A stretch of 64,000 bases of DNA, taken from the NCBI GenBank assembly GCA_963662405.2, contig CAXXKT010000001.1, positions 2,368,001-2,432,000 of the forward strand, given 5' to 3'. Below, one piece after another: positions 29,271 through 39,628 of the stretch; position 1 is the first letter of the stretch, and the number at the start of each line of letters is the position of its first letter. Source of the DNA: Syntrophales bacterium (GTDB lineage Bacteria; Desulfobacterota; Syntrophia; Syntrophales; UBA2210). The notes beneath the pieces were generated by a model. It was not told where the DNA came from. It did no database searches and saw nothing but the letters and a program-made list of their open reading frames with translations. The position numbers and the translations under genes were made by a program.

Positions 29271-30590
29271 ATGCTTTTTGAATGGTACACGTTTGGCGCA
29301 ATCATGTTCAGCGGTCTTCTGCTTCTGCTTCTCCTGGGGGTTCCCGTCGGATTTTCTCTCCTCATCACATCAATGGCAAGTTCGCTGATGCTGGGACAGG
29401 GGTTGATGTTCTGGGTTGATATTCCGGGGTATTTTTTCCATCACTTAAACAGCTTTACCATGACCTGTGTGCCGATCTTTATTCTCATGGCGCTTTTTGC
29501 ACAGCATGCCCGGTTCGGCGAAGATCTTTTTCGGAGCATCGGTATCTGGCTTCGAAAGATTCCGGGCAGTCTCAATATCGTTGCTATAGCGACCTGTGCC
29601 ATATTCTCGGCCATCAGCGGGACCAGCGTGGCAACGGCCGCCGCCGTGGGGCTGGTTGCCCTTCCGATATTTCAGAAATTCGGCTACGACAAGAGGCTTT
29701 CCGTCGGCACGCTGGCCGGCGGCGGTGCCTTGGGCATCCTCATCCCGCCCAGTGTTCCCATGATCATGTACGCCATTATCACCAATCAGTCCATTGGACA
29801 CATGTTCGCCGGCGGTATCCTCCCCGGTCTCATGACGGCAGGTCTCTTCATGTCGTATATCGTTGTTCGCTGCAAGCTGAATCCCAAACTGGCACCGGTG
29901 ATCCCCCGGTCGGCTATCGGAGACATATCAATATTTCGATCGGTCCTCAACGTGGGACCGCTGATAGGCGTGATTTTTCTGGTTTTACTGGTGATCTATC
30001 TCGGCATTGCCACGCCGACGGAAGCGGCCGCGATCGGCACCGTCGGCATGGCCGTCCTTGCGTTTTTGTACAAGAGGATGAACCTCAAAGGAATCTTTAT
30101 AGCCAGTGCCGAAGGGATGCGGATCGGCGCATTTATCGTCCTCATTTTCCTGGCGGCCCTTGCCTTCGGCCACGTTGCCGTACGCGGCGGTGTTGCTGCC
30201 GGGATCAGCAACTATGTGATCAGTCTCGGCCTTTCCAAACATGCCGTGCTGTTCATGATCCTGGGAGTTTTGCTTTTCCTCGGCTGTTTCATGGACCCCA
30301 TCCCGATTATCCTGACCACCATGCCGATTCTGTTTCCCCTGGCAACATCCGTTGGCTGGGACCCGGTTTACTTTGGCGTGGTCTGTACCATGTTGCTGGA
30401 GACGGCGGCCATTACACCGCCGGTGGGGATCAACCTCTTTATTCTTAACGGCATCGGTAAGGGGAGTATTTCCATGACCGATGTCATTATGGGGGCCTTG
30501 CCGTATAATTTGTTGTACTTCTTCGCTATTCTGATTGTTGTCATTTTCCCCGACATTGTGATGCTGTTGCCGAACATGATGAGGGGGTAA
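29271..30590 (+). CDS. dctM: TRAP transporter large permease
   Basis: SGTSVATAA, GILIPPS, ITPPVGINL. Confidence 0.95.
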   Translation: MLFEWYTFGAIMFSGLLLLLLLGVPVGFSLLITSMASSLMLGQGLMFWVDIPGYFFHHLNSFTMTCVPIFILMALFAQHARFGEDLFRSIGIWLRKIPGSLNIVAIATCAIFSAISGTSVATAAAVGLVALPIFQKFGYDKRLSVGTLAGGGALGILIPPSVPMIMYAIITNQSIGHMFAGGILPGLMTAGLFMSYIVVRCKLNPKLAPVIPRSAIGDISIFRSVLNVGPLIGVIFLVLLVIYLGIATPTEAAAIGTVGMAVLAFLYKRMNLKGIFIASAEGMRIGAFIVLIFLAALAFGHVAVRGGVAAGISNYVISLGLSKHAVLFMILGVLLFLGCFMDPIPIILTTMPILFPLATSVGWDPVYFGVVCTMLLETAAITPPVGINLFILNGIGKGSISMTDVIMGALPYNLLYFFAILIVVIFPDIVMLLPNMMRG

Positions 30591-30674
30591 TGGGATTACC
30601 GGGTCTTTGCGGCATCGCACAAACGGAGCACGAATGTTTTACAGGCTGTACAATCAATACAGAGGAGGAGAACA

Positions 30675-31727
30675 ATGAAAAAAGCACTATTGTTGGCCAT
30701 GTTGTTATTCGTTACCCTTTCCTGGAACATCGGTATAGCTCCCCAGGCCTTTGCCCAGGAGAAGATCAAGCTCAGCTATGCGGATTACGCGGCGCCGGGC
30801 TACGATCAGCTCAGTTACATCAAGCACTTTATCAAGAGAATCGGCGAGGAGACCAACGGCCGGGTGGAAATTACACTCTATCCTGCCGAACAGCTGGTCA
30901 AGGCCATGCAGCAGTACGAGGCGATGATACAGGGCACCATCGACATGTGCAACATTACCCCCGCATACTTCAGCGGAAAAGTTCCGTTGCTCTTGCTGAC
31001 CATTGAATCCAGTTACTGGCGACCGGCCGATTCCGTGATCATTGCCTCCCGGATCAGCAAGGAAATCGCCAAGATTTTTGCAAAGGACGGGGTAAAGTAC
31101 ATGGGATGGTCCACCGAGCAGCCCCCGGCCGTCACTATCGGCACCAAACCGTTCAAGATGTTCGACGATTACAAGGGGATGAAGATCCGTGCGCCGGGAA
31201 AGAGCGCGAAGGTAATCAATAACTGGGGCGGCACCGGCGTATCCATTCCGGCTCCCGATCTTTACATGGCCCTGCAGAACAAGGTGGTGGACGGTGCATT
31301 CCTCTCCATCGGTACGGTGGAGGGGGCACGGCTGTGGGAAGTCGCCCCGGCGGTGACGACGACCATTACCGGTGGTACACCCCAGATGGCCTGTATGAAC
31401 ATGAAGAAGTGGGAGAGCCTCCCGGACGATATCAAAAAGGCCTTTGAGAAGGTCAACAGAGAGATGGTCCCCTGGGCCTATGAACACGCCACCGCATACA
31501 GCAAATCTTTGGATGAAACGCTGAAAAAGAACTTCAAGATCTATCATCTGCGGACACCGGAAGAACATGAAAAGTTTGTGAAAGCGGGTAGAGACGTCTA
31601 CTCCAGACCGCTCATCAAAAAATTTGGTGAACCGGCCCAGGCGATATGGGACAAAGTACTGGCTGCGGCACAGGAATGCGCAGACGCGCGCAAAGAGGGT
31701 AAAACACCACCTTTCTTTACAGAGTAA
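30675..31727 (+). CDS. dctP: TRAP substrate-binding protein
   Basis: Signal peptide; KGMKIR, LYMALQNKVVDG, WESLPDD. Confidence 0.92.
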   Translation: MKKALLLAMLLFVTLSWNIGIAPQAFAQEKIKLSYADYAAPGYDQLSYIKHFIKRIGEETNGRVEITLYPAEQLVKAMQQYEAMIQGTIDMCNITPAYFSGKVPLLLLTIESSYWRPADSVIIASRISKEIAKIFAKDGVKYMGWSTEQPPAVTIGTKPFKMFDDYKGMKIRAPGKSAKVINNWGGTGVSIPAPDLYMALQNKVVDGAFLSIGTVEGARLWEVAPAVTTTITGGTPQMACMNMKKWESLPDDIKKAFEKVNREMVPWAYEHATAYSKSLDETLKKNFKIYHLRTPEEHEKFVKAGRDVYSRPLIKKFGEPAQAIWDKVLAAAQECADARKEGKTPPFFTE

Positions 31728-31750
31728 TTTTTATACTTGATTATCCGTGA

Positions 31751-31784
31751 CAGGGGGGATGTGTATTGTTCAACATCCCCCCTG
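31751..31784 (+). other. Intergenic 12-bp stem-loop after dctP (mRNA stability or attenuation)
   Basis: CAGGGGGGATGT / ACATCCCCCCTG, no U-tract. Confidence 0.55.
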
Positions 31785-31844
31785 GAACACCATGACAATC
31801 AAAACCAGAATAATATTATTGCAAAGGTTAAAGAAATAATCATT

Positions 31845-33029
31845 ATGAAACCATTGGAAAACATTACTGTTATCGATCTCACGCGAATTTTAACGGGGCC
31901 TTTCTGCACTATGATGCTGGCCGATTTTGGCGCGAAAGTTATCAAGTTTGAAATTCCCGGTGCGGGAGATGAATCGCGTCTCTTGGGGCCGCACATCAAT
32001 GATGAGAGCGGCTATTTCATGAGTGTTAACCGAGGGAAACAATCAGTTACCCTGGACTTGCGGACCCCAGAGGGAAAGCACCTGCTCAAGGAGATGGCGA
32101 AGGAAGCCGATGTCCTGATAGAAAATTACCGTCCCGGCACCATGGATAAATGGGGGTTGGGGTATGATGAGATAAAAAAAATCAACCCACGTCTGATATA
32201 TGCCTCCATTTCCGGGTTCGGGCACAGCGGTCCCTATATGGAGAAACCGGCTTATGACATTGTTGTTCAGGGAATGAGCGGCATTATGGGCATTACCGGA
32301 CAGCAGGACGGCGTGCCGACGCGTGTTGGAACATCCATTGGCGATATCGTTCCCGCATTATTTACAACGGTCGGTATCATGATGGCACTCTATTCTCGCA
32401 CCTTCACCGGTCAGGGCCAGCGGCTGGACGTAGCCATGTTTGATTCCCTGGTGGCTATTCTCGAAAATGCGCTGATCCGGTATCAGGCAACGGGGGAAGT
32501 CCCCGAGCCCATCGGAAACCGCCATCCGGCCATTACGCCCTTCGATTCATTCGCCGCAAAAGACGGGTACCTCATCGTTGCCGCCGGTAATCCGAAACTC
32601 TTTGAGAATCTGTGTAAAATTCTCAACATACCGGAATTGTTGTCCGACCCGCGTTTTAACGACCCCCATGTTCGCCACCAGCACCACAAAGAACTGAAAC
32701 CGATTCTGGAGGAGGCCTTCTCCCGCTTTACACAGGCGGAGGTACTGGCACTGCTGGGCAAAGCCGGCATCCCCTGCTCACCGGTCAACAGGGTCGACCG
32801 TATTATGACGGATCCCCAGGTGGCTGCCCGCGACATGCTGGTTGATGTAGAGCATCCGATGGCGGGCATTTTAAAACTGCCGGGGATTCCAATCAAGATG
32901 TCCATGACACCGGGTGAAATCAAGGCGCCGGCGCCGCTCTTGGGACAGCATACGGAAGAAGTACTATCGGGGATCCTGGGTCTGACAAAGGAACAGATCA
33001 GCAGTCTGAGGGAAAGAAAAGTGATTTGA
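31845..33029 (+). CDS. Family III CoA-transferase (CaiB/BaiF)
   Basis: DLTRILTGP, NRGKQS, ENYRPG, catalytic Asp in SIGDIV, APLLGQHT. Confidence 0.95.
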   Translation: MKPLENITVIDLTRILTGPFCTMMLADFGAKVIKFEIPGAGDESRLLGPHINDESGYFMSVNRGKQSVTLDLRTPEGKHLLKEMAKEADVLIENYRPGTMDKWGLGYDEIKKINPRLIYASISGFGHSGPYMEKPAYDIVVQGMSGIMGITGQQDGVPTRVGTSIGDIVPALFTTVGIMMALYSRTFTGQGQRLDVAMFDSLVAILENALIRYQATGEVPEPIGNRHPAITPFDSFAAKDGYLIVAAGNPKLFENLCKILNIPELLSDPRFNDPHVRHQHHKELKPILEEAFSRFTQAEVLALLGKAGIPCSPVNRVDRIMTDPQVAARDMLVDVEHPMAGILKLPGIPIKMSMTPGEIKAPAPLLGQHTEEVLSGILGLTKEQISSLRERKVI

Positions 33030-33198
33030 TGTGATCGTCACTCTAATGCGACATCCTCCAACAGAAGCATTGCAATGGCATGTCATTTTCCGGGGGGGAG
33101 TTTATGTGAGAGGGGGTGATCACGGAGAGCAAAAAATTGAAGTGTCATTAAAGGCAAGTATGAGGGGTGAGGACAATTATTTAACAGGAGGAAAAGAT

Positions 33199-34473
33199 AT
33201 GAGAAAATTATTTTTCGGATTGATTGTACTGGTCCTGATGATGATGTTCGCTATGCCCGCAGCCGCGGTGGATATGAGCGTAAATGGAGAGTTTTATGTC
33301 CAGGGCTATTATGATGATAATGGTGACCTGCTGAAAGAGGAAACCGGCGCGAACGGTTCATCCAGCGCGTGGTACAACACACGTCTCCGTGTTGATGCGG
33401 TATTGACAGTAGATCCGTCCCTGAAACTGGTCACTCGCTTCGATGCACTGGAAGGATACTGGAACACTCCGGGTGGACCTGCAGAATATGATGCGGGGAG
33501 AGAGGACGACAATATCGATTTCGACCGTGCCTACATAGACTTGAAGACAAAATACGGTCGCTTCTTCGTCGGGTATCAGTGCGGTGGAACCTGGGGTACG
33601 TGGTTTGCCAACAAGGAAATAGATGTTGCAAGAATTAAATATTACTATTTCAATAAAGGTCTGGTTTGTGGAGGCATCATCGAAAAGAACCGGGAGGGCG
33701 ATCAGGGGACCGATCTAACCGATGCGGACAACGACAAGTACTACCTCTATGCCATCAAGTATTTCAAGGGTGGCCAAGTCGGCATTCTTTATGGAAACAT
33801 TGATTATGCAGCGTGGAAATCAACCGCACGCTTTGATATGCACTACCATCTCATCTATCCCTATTTGAAATGGAAGGTCGGAAACATATACGTCGAGGCC
33901 GAGTTGAACTATGCCTTCGGCGACTCCAAGGTGTGGGATGATGGTATCGCGGCGGACGATGTGGACAAGAAGGGACTTTCCTGGTACGTTAACGGCAAGT
34001 ACTCTTTCGGGAACGCGTATGTGGGGGGCCAGATTGCCTTCGTACAGGGTGACGATCCCGATACGGCCGATGAGGACGAATCCGGTCCCACCGGCTCCGA
34101 CTATGATCCCTGTCTGATCCTCTGGAACAGCGATCTGGTCAAATGGTCGGGTCAGAACCTTGGGCACGGGCCCACCTCTGGCGACAGCATGGCCAATAGC
34201 TGGCTGTATCAGATATATGCCGGGATGTCGGTGAATCCCAAGATCGATATCGTTGCTTCTTACTCGTACGCTACGGCCGACGAGGATGCGAACCTGGAAG
34301 ATGACGAGATCGGTTCCGAAATCGACGTTACAGCGACTTACAAGGTGTTCGAAAACCTCGAGTACATGGTCGGCTTCGGTTACTTTATGGCTGGCGATTA
34401 CTACAAGGCAAATAAGTCGGATGAGGTCGATAACGACTACGTTGTGATGCACAAACTGATCCTGACCTTCTAG
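33199..34473 (+). CDS. Outer-membrane beta-barrel porin-like protein
   Basis: Signal peptide, amphipathic beta-strands, Asp-rich loops, terminal Phe. Confidence 0.8.
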   Translation: MRKLFFGLIVLVLMMMFAMPAAAVDMSVNGEFYVQGYYDDNGDLLKEETGANGSSSAWYNTRLRVDAVLTVDPSLKLVTRFDALEGYWNTPGGPAEYDAGREDDNIDFDRAYIDLKTKYGRFFVGYQCGGTWGTWFANKEIDVARIKYYYFNKGLVCGGIIEKNREGDQGTDLTDADNDKYYLYAIKYFKGGQVGILYGNIDYAAWKSTARFDMHYHLIYPYLKWKVGNIYVEAELNYAFGDSKVWDDGIAADDVDKKGLSWYVNGKYSFGNAYVGGQIAFVQGDDPDTADEDESGPTGSDYDPCLILWNSDLVKWSGQNLGHGPTSGDSMANSWLYQIYAGMSVNPKIDIVASYSYATADEDANLEDDEIGSEIDVTATYKVFENLEYMVGFGYFMAGDYYKANKSDEVDNDYVVMHKLILTF

Positions 34474-34510
34474 TATCGGTTGCCAAACCGAACGTAAGGT
34501 CTACGTAAGG

Positions 34511-34548
34511 AAACGGCTCTGGGGATGAGCGTTTCCCCGGAGCCGTTT
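34511..34548 (+). terminator. Stem-loop terminator after porin
   Basis: AAACGGCTCTGGGGA / TCCCCGGAGCCGTTT. Confidence 0.75.
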
Positions 34549-34744
34549 GAGGATTCTGGGCCTAGTGTTCGGTTGTATTCAAAATAGGCGCGAGGTGCAT
34601 TTTGCTCTTGATCTCAATCTGCCCCGAGGGGAGGACTCTTGCCGGGGAGCGTACCCTTGTTCATTACAAGGCACTCTTTTATGGTTTGAGGAGCATTCTA
34701 AACGCTTCAGGTGAACCGTCAGGATTGAAAGGAGAAGCGATACG

Positions 34745-35509
34745 ATGGATCTTAATTTAACGGGCCGAAAGGCACTGGTGACGGGTGGTTCCAAGGGGAT
34801 CGGACGCGCATGCGCCGAGATCCTGGCATCTGAAGGGTGCAGTCTGCATCTGGTTGCGCGGGAAGAGACGAACCTGCGACAGACACAGGAAGTGATCGAA
34901 TCGCAGTACGGTGTTGAGGTTACCATCCATCCCGTCGATCTGAGCCGGAGCGGTGAGATCACGGCACTTGCGGCAACGTGTTCCGATATCGATATTCTGG
35001 TGAATAACGCCGGGGCAATCCCGCGAGGGGATCTCTGGGAAGTCGACGAGCATCGGTGGCGCGAGGCATGGGATCTCAAGGTGTTCGGTTATATCAACCT
35101 GTGCAGGGCGATCTATCCACAGATGAGATCGCGCGAAAAGGGTGTGATCATCAACGTCATCGGCATGGCGGGCGAGCGGCCCCGTATCGAGTATATAGCA
35201 GGCGGCTCCGGTAACGCCTCCCTCATGGCGTTCACCAGGGCATTGGGGGCCCGAAGTCTGCAAGACGGGATCCGTGTTGTCGGTGTCAACCCCGGACTCA
35301 TCCAGACCGAGCGCCTGCTGAAGATACTCAAGGATGGTGCCCAGAGAAGGTTCAACGATCCGGAACGCTGGAAGGAACTGATGCCCTCGGATCCGACGCC
35401 GGGAGACCCTGGCGATATTGCCGGTCTGGTGGTATTTCTCGCCTCTGATCGGGCAAAATATATCACCGGTACCGTGATAACCGCCGACGGCGGCTCATCG
35501 GCGGGATAA
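34745..35509 (+). CDS. Short-chain dehydrogenase/reductase
   Basis: TGGSKGIG, NNAG, NPG; canonical YxxxK absent. Confidence 0.88.
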   Translation: MDLNLTGRKALVTGGSKGIGRACAEILASEGCSLHLVAREETNLRQTQEVIESQYGVEVTIHPVDLSRSGEITALAATCSDIDILVNNAGAIPRGDLWEVDEHRWREAWDLKVFGYINLCRAIYPQMRSREKGVIINVIGMAGERPRIEYIAGGSGNASLMAFTRALGARSLQDGIRVVGVNPGLIQTERLLKILKDGAQRRFNDPERWKELMPSDPTPGDPGDIAGLVVFLASDRAKYITGTVITADGGSSAG

Positions 35510-35669
35510 CGGATCACGCACACACAGGATATTTCATCGGTTGGTGTTCCAAAAGGGGTTCATGCCCGTACGGTGCGACGGCCCCTTTGGCGGGATGATT
35601 CCAGTTATTATTGCTTCCCTTGACCTGCTTGCCGGACGATGGTCGTCGGCTCCGGCGACAGTGTGAAGC

Positions 35670-36287
35670 CTACTGGTTCATCATCTCCACCCCCAGGTCG
35701 AAGGCCGTGAGGTTGGCGGCCATCTTTTCCGCGGGGAGACTGCGTGCGAGGGCCGCCTGGAAATCATCCCTTCCGACGGGAAGATCACCCACGGCCGACA
35801 GGGCGCCGATCATAATAATATTTCCCAGGATGGAATTTCCCAGTTTGACCGCCTCGTCGGTGGCGTCGATAAACCAGGCACGGGCCGCCAGATCGGTCAG
35901 CATTTCCTTTATTTCGTCCAGCGATGGATAGGAAAGAGCTCCCGCAATGACGCCGGAGGGATAGATGGCCCGGGTGTTGGTCAGGACCTTCACCGCGGGG
36001 TTGCCGTAGCGGGCGAGTACCCGGATCGCCTCGATCGGCTCGAGGGTAACCACGACATCGGCTTTCCCCGCCGGGATCTGGGGACTCCAGGTCGATTCGG
36101 ACGAGACCCTGATATGGCTCATCACCGAACCTCCCCGCTGGGAAGCGCCGAAGGTCTCCCCGATGGTAACATAGAATCCCTGCTGGACCAGCATATTCGA
36201 AAACATGCGTGATGCCATGACATTTCCCTGGCCGCCGACGCCGGTGATAATGACGTTGTAAGGATCTTTGGGTAGTATTGCAGTCAT
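35670..36287 (-). CDS. iorB: Indolepyruvate:ferredoxin oxidoreductase beta subunit
   Basis: GVGGQG, GASQRGGSVMSHIR. Confidence 0.9.
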   Translation of the reverse strand: MTAILPKDPYNVIITGVGGQGNVMASRMFSNMLVQQGFYVTIGETFGASQRGGSVMSHIRVSSESTWSPQIPAGKADVVVTLEPIEAIRVLARYGNPAVKVLTNTRAIYPSGVIAGALSYPSLDEIKEMLTDLAARAWFIDATDEAVKLGNSILGNIIMIGALSAVGDLPVGRDDFQAALARSLPAEKMAANLTAFDLGVEMMNQ

Positions 36288-36290
36288 TGC

Positions 36291-38228
36291 TCAGGCCACC
36301 TCCTCCCGTTTGATCGCCCCTTGGGGGCAGATATCGGCGCAGACGCCGCAACCCACGCAGATGACCTCGTCAATCTGTGCCTTCTTTTCATTTTCATTCC
36401 ATATGAGTCCGGGACAGCGGAAGATACGGGTGCAGAGGCGGCCGCAGCCGCATTCCTCACCGAGACAGAGTGCCTGGTCCACCCGGACATCATAATCCTT
36501 TTTGTTTTTTCGCTGAGGGCTGAGGGCGCAGGCCTTGCTCAGTATCAGCACCTTGACACCCTTCGTGTCCTCGATCAGTTCATTCAGGGTCTCCCGAGTC
36601 CCCTCGAGATCGAAGGGATCCCTGATCTCGACCCGGGCCCCGATACCCTCGCATATCCGTGCGATATCGATCGCGGGGACCTCCTCGCCGAGGACGTTGT
36701 GGTCCAGACCCGGGTGGGGCTGGAAACCCGTCATCGCCGTCCCGTTGTTGTCCAGCACCACCAGGGTGATGTTCGATCTGTTATGAACGGCATTGACCAG
36801 GGCCGGTATGACGGCATGGTAAAAGGTCGAATCACCACAGACAGCGATGATGGGCTGGTTGAGGCCGAACTGGCCCAGTTTCCCGAAACCGCTGGCGATA
36901 CCCGTTCCGGATCCCATGGAGTGGAGGGTCTTGAGGGTGTGAAATCCGGTGGAACCGGTGGCCATGGTGTAGCAACCGATATCGCCGCAGACGAAACCCT
37001 TCCTCCCGTCCATCTCGAGGGCGTTGTGGATACTGAAGAAGGATGCCCGATGGGGGCAGCCCGGACAGAAGACCTGTTCCCGGTTCGGTGCACCGGAGGA
37101 GACGGAAAGCTGTGCCTTTTGCTGGTATTCCTCCGGGGCGGGGGTGTAATCGATCCCCAGCACGGAACTCAGACCCGCGATAACCAGATCGGGATTGAGT
37201 TCCCCCACCATTGGGATGGTCCCGTCGTTCTTCCCGTAGAATGTCTTGACGCCGATTGTTCCTGCCTGTTCGGCGGCCAGGATTTTTACCTGTTCTTCCA
37301 GAAAGGGGAGGACCTCCTCCACCACAAGAACCCGATCCGTTGTTGAAAGATGTCGTGCCAGCAGTTTCGGGGGGAGGGGCCACGTCGTTCCCATCTTCAG
37401 GAGGCCAACCCTCTCTTTCACGCCGAGGACATCGATCGCCTCCTTGCTGTACAGATAGCAGGCGCTGCTTGTGATGATGAGGAGCTCCGGGCTCTCCGGC
37501 CCCTCGTAGGTATTGAAGGGACAGTCTTCGAACAGCTCCCGCGCCTTCTCCACCTTCTTTTGTTGTTGCTCGTGCTTCCATTCCACGGGGCTGCTGATGA
37601 CGAGCCCTGTATCCTGGTCGAGGACAAATCCGTCATAGGTAAACGTGGCCGTTCGCTTCCCGTCGGGGAGTTTCCCGTAGGTGATATTCCCGCTGGCGTG
37701 AGACATGCGGGTGACGCTCCTGACGACCACGACCTGTCGGAGCTCCTCCGACAGGTCGAAGGCCCATTTCGTCATCTCCTTCGCCTCCTGGAAGGTCCCC
37801 GGTTCGAGGAGCGGGATCTCCATCAGGCGGGCGAAGTACCGGGACTCTCCCTCATTGACGCTCGAGAGCGCCCCCGGATCGTCACAGGTCACCAGGACGA
37901 ACCCTCCCCTGGTCCCCGAGCCGACGAGGTGGAGGAGAAAATCGGACGCCACGTTCACGCCGTTCTGTTTCATGACGCACAGTGTCCGCAGGGTGGCAAA
38001 TGAGGCCGCGGCCGCCACCTCGAGGGCCACCTTTTCGTTGACGGACCACTCAACGTAAAGGTTGCGCTCCTTGGCTACTTTCGAGAGGCTCTCGATGATC
38101 TCCGATGATGGGGTTCCCGGGTAACCGCTGGCGACATTGACCCCCGCCTCCAGGGCGCCCCGGACGATCGCCTCGTTTCCCATTACCAGGTAAGAAGCTC
38201 CTTCTTTCGTATCGGTCAAATAGGACAT
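36291..38228 (-). CDS. iorA: Indolepyruvate:ferredoxin oxidoreductase alpha subunit
   Basis: GYPGTPSSE, CPGCPHR, GDIGCY, GDSTF, TAMTGFQ, C-terminal ferredoxin. Confidence 0.92.
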   Translation of the reverse strand: MSYLTDTKEGASYLVMGNEAIVRGALEAGVNVASGYPGTPSSEIIESLSKVAKERNLYVEWSVNEKVALEVAAAASFATLRTLCVMKQNGVNVASDFLLHLVGSGTRGGFVLVTCDDPGALSSVNEGESRYFARLMEIPLLEPGTFQEAKEMTKWAFDLSEELRQVVVVRSVTRMSHASGNITYGKLPDGKRTATFTYDGFVLDQDTGLVISSPVEWKHEQQQKKVEKARELFEDCPFNTYEGPESPELLIITSSACYLYSKEAIDVLGVKERVGLLKMGTTWPLPPKLLARHLSTTDRVLVVEEVLPFLEEQVKILAAEQAGTIGVKTFYGKNDGTIPMVGELNPDLVIAGLSSVLGIDYTPAPEEYQQKAQLSVSSGAPNREQVFCPGCPHRASFFSIHNALEMDGRKGFVCGDIGCYTMATGSTGFHTLKTLHSMGSGTGIASGFGKLGQFGLNQPIIAVCGDSTFYHAVIPALVNAVHNRSNITLVVLDNNGTAMTGFQPHPGLDHNVLGEEVPAIDIARICEGIGARVEIRDPFDLEGTRETLNELIEDTKGVKVLILSKACALSPQRKNKKDYDVRVDQALCLGEECGCGRLCTRIFRCPGLIWNENEKKAQIDEVICVGCGVCADICPQGAIKREEVA

Positions 38229-38242
38229 CGTACACCCTCCGT

Positions 38243-39373
38243 CTATGCAATCAGCCGTTCGAGGACCTGCGCGCTGATCCTCAGATAGGATTTTGTCTCA
38301 TTGTCGTTCGTATTGATCATTCCTTCTCTGTGTGCCTTTTCCAGGCCGCGTTTCTTCTTGTTCCCTGCCGCCCAGATGAGGTGCTCCCGATTTTCATCCG
38401 GGAGTTCGGACAGGGTCAGGTATCCCTCCGCCACTGCCTCGTCGACGATCTTTTTCCCCCGATCCGTCCTAACGATCAGGGTATTCATGTCGGGACGTCC
38501 CTCCATCACCCCCACGGAGATATCGGAGAACTCGGAGGTCATATCGATGCAGTATGAACAGCCGTTGGGGACGAGATTCCGAATCTCGTCGAGGGAGAAC
38601 TCCCGTTTCGTTCCGCTTTCACTGTACACCTCCAGGATTTCGGACGGAGGCGGGGGGATGTCGATTTTTCCGATCCGACCAATCTCGACCCGTTCGGCGA
38701 GGAAGGGCTCGAAGAGCCTGAAATCGATTGCCCAGGTACAGAACAGGCCGACGACAAGCCCGAAGGGGTCGACAAAGTCATCCGTGTTTAGCGGGTTCGA
38801 ACGCATCAGCGCCGTGGCCAGGACCTGGCAGGGTGTGCCGACAACACCGATATTCCGGTACCCGTCTTTCACCGCCCGATTGACTGCCGAGAGGGTCGGC
38901 GCCGCCGTATATTTCGAGGTGCTGCAGGCGCGGGCATCATCCGGATCGGTCACGAATCGGGGAACGGGGAGGAGCCCCTTCCGATCGGTCAGTGCCGCCC
39001 CTTGAATATATCCCTTTTTGAGGGCGAAGGAGATCAGGGCCGAAACGGTCCCCCCTGCCTGCGGGGTGATGTCCTTCAGGCGATCTCCGGCCCGTGCCGC
39101 ACTGATCGATTGATAGGGGCCGAGCGGCTCTCCTTCATATGGTCTGTCGAAGAGATATCGAGACATCGTATCGAGATCGACCTCCACCTTGGGACAGTAG
39201 GCAAAGCACCGCCCCTCGTCGATGACGCAGGGGAAGAGCACCGCCGTTTTGCCCCGGTAAGACCGGTAGTAGGGGCACAGATCCATGCAGGCCCCGCATC
39301 CGGTGCAGAGGCCGGCGTCAAGGACATATCTTCTCAGTTCTTCCTGTCCCCTCTTGAGAACTCGTTCTTCCAT
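38243..39373 (-). CDS. FrhB/FpoF-family Fe-S flavoprotein (F420 hydrogenase/dehydrogenase beta-like)
   Basis: CTGCGAC..CP, GGTVSAL, GTPCQ, GLFC, CSYCID. Confidence 0.85.
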   Translation of the reverse strand: MEERVLKRGQEELRRYVLDAGLCTGCGACMDLCPYYRSYRGKTAVLFPCVIDEGRCFAYCPKVEVDLDTMSRYLFDRPYEGEPLGPYQSISAARAGDRLKDITPQAGGTVSALISFALKKGYIQGAALTDRKGLLPVPRFVTDPDDARACSTSKYTAAPTLSAVNRAVKDGYRNIGVVGTPCQVLATALMRSNPLNTDDFVDPFGLVVGLFCTWAIDFRLFEPFLAERVEIGRIGKIDIPPPPSEILEVYSESGTKREFSLDEIRNLVPNGCSYCIDMTSEFSDISVGVMEGRPDMNTLIVRTDRGKKIVDEAVAEGYLTLSELPDENREHLIWAAGNKKKRGLEKAHREGMINTNDNETKSYLRISAQVLERLIA

Positions 39374-39628
39374 TCGAGAACCTCCCCGATTATTCTATGG
39401 TTGGCGTAAAAACCCGACTCCCAACCACCATCGGTAGATATACGTACCTGTTTATCCCGGCGGTGTCAATTATTTCTTCGGAGGGCAGGGGGGCGATTAC
39501 CCCGACCCCGAACTGGGAGAAATGAGAGCCCTTTACCCAAGTCTTTCCCATGGACACCCCCCCGTTTTTATGGTACGTAACTGCGGGGATTCCGTTAGGT
39601 ATTTCCTGAGTAACATGTGGAGATCGTT

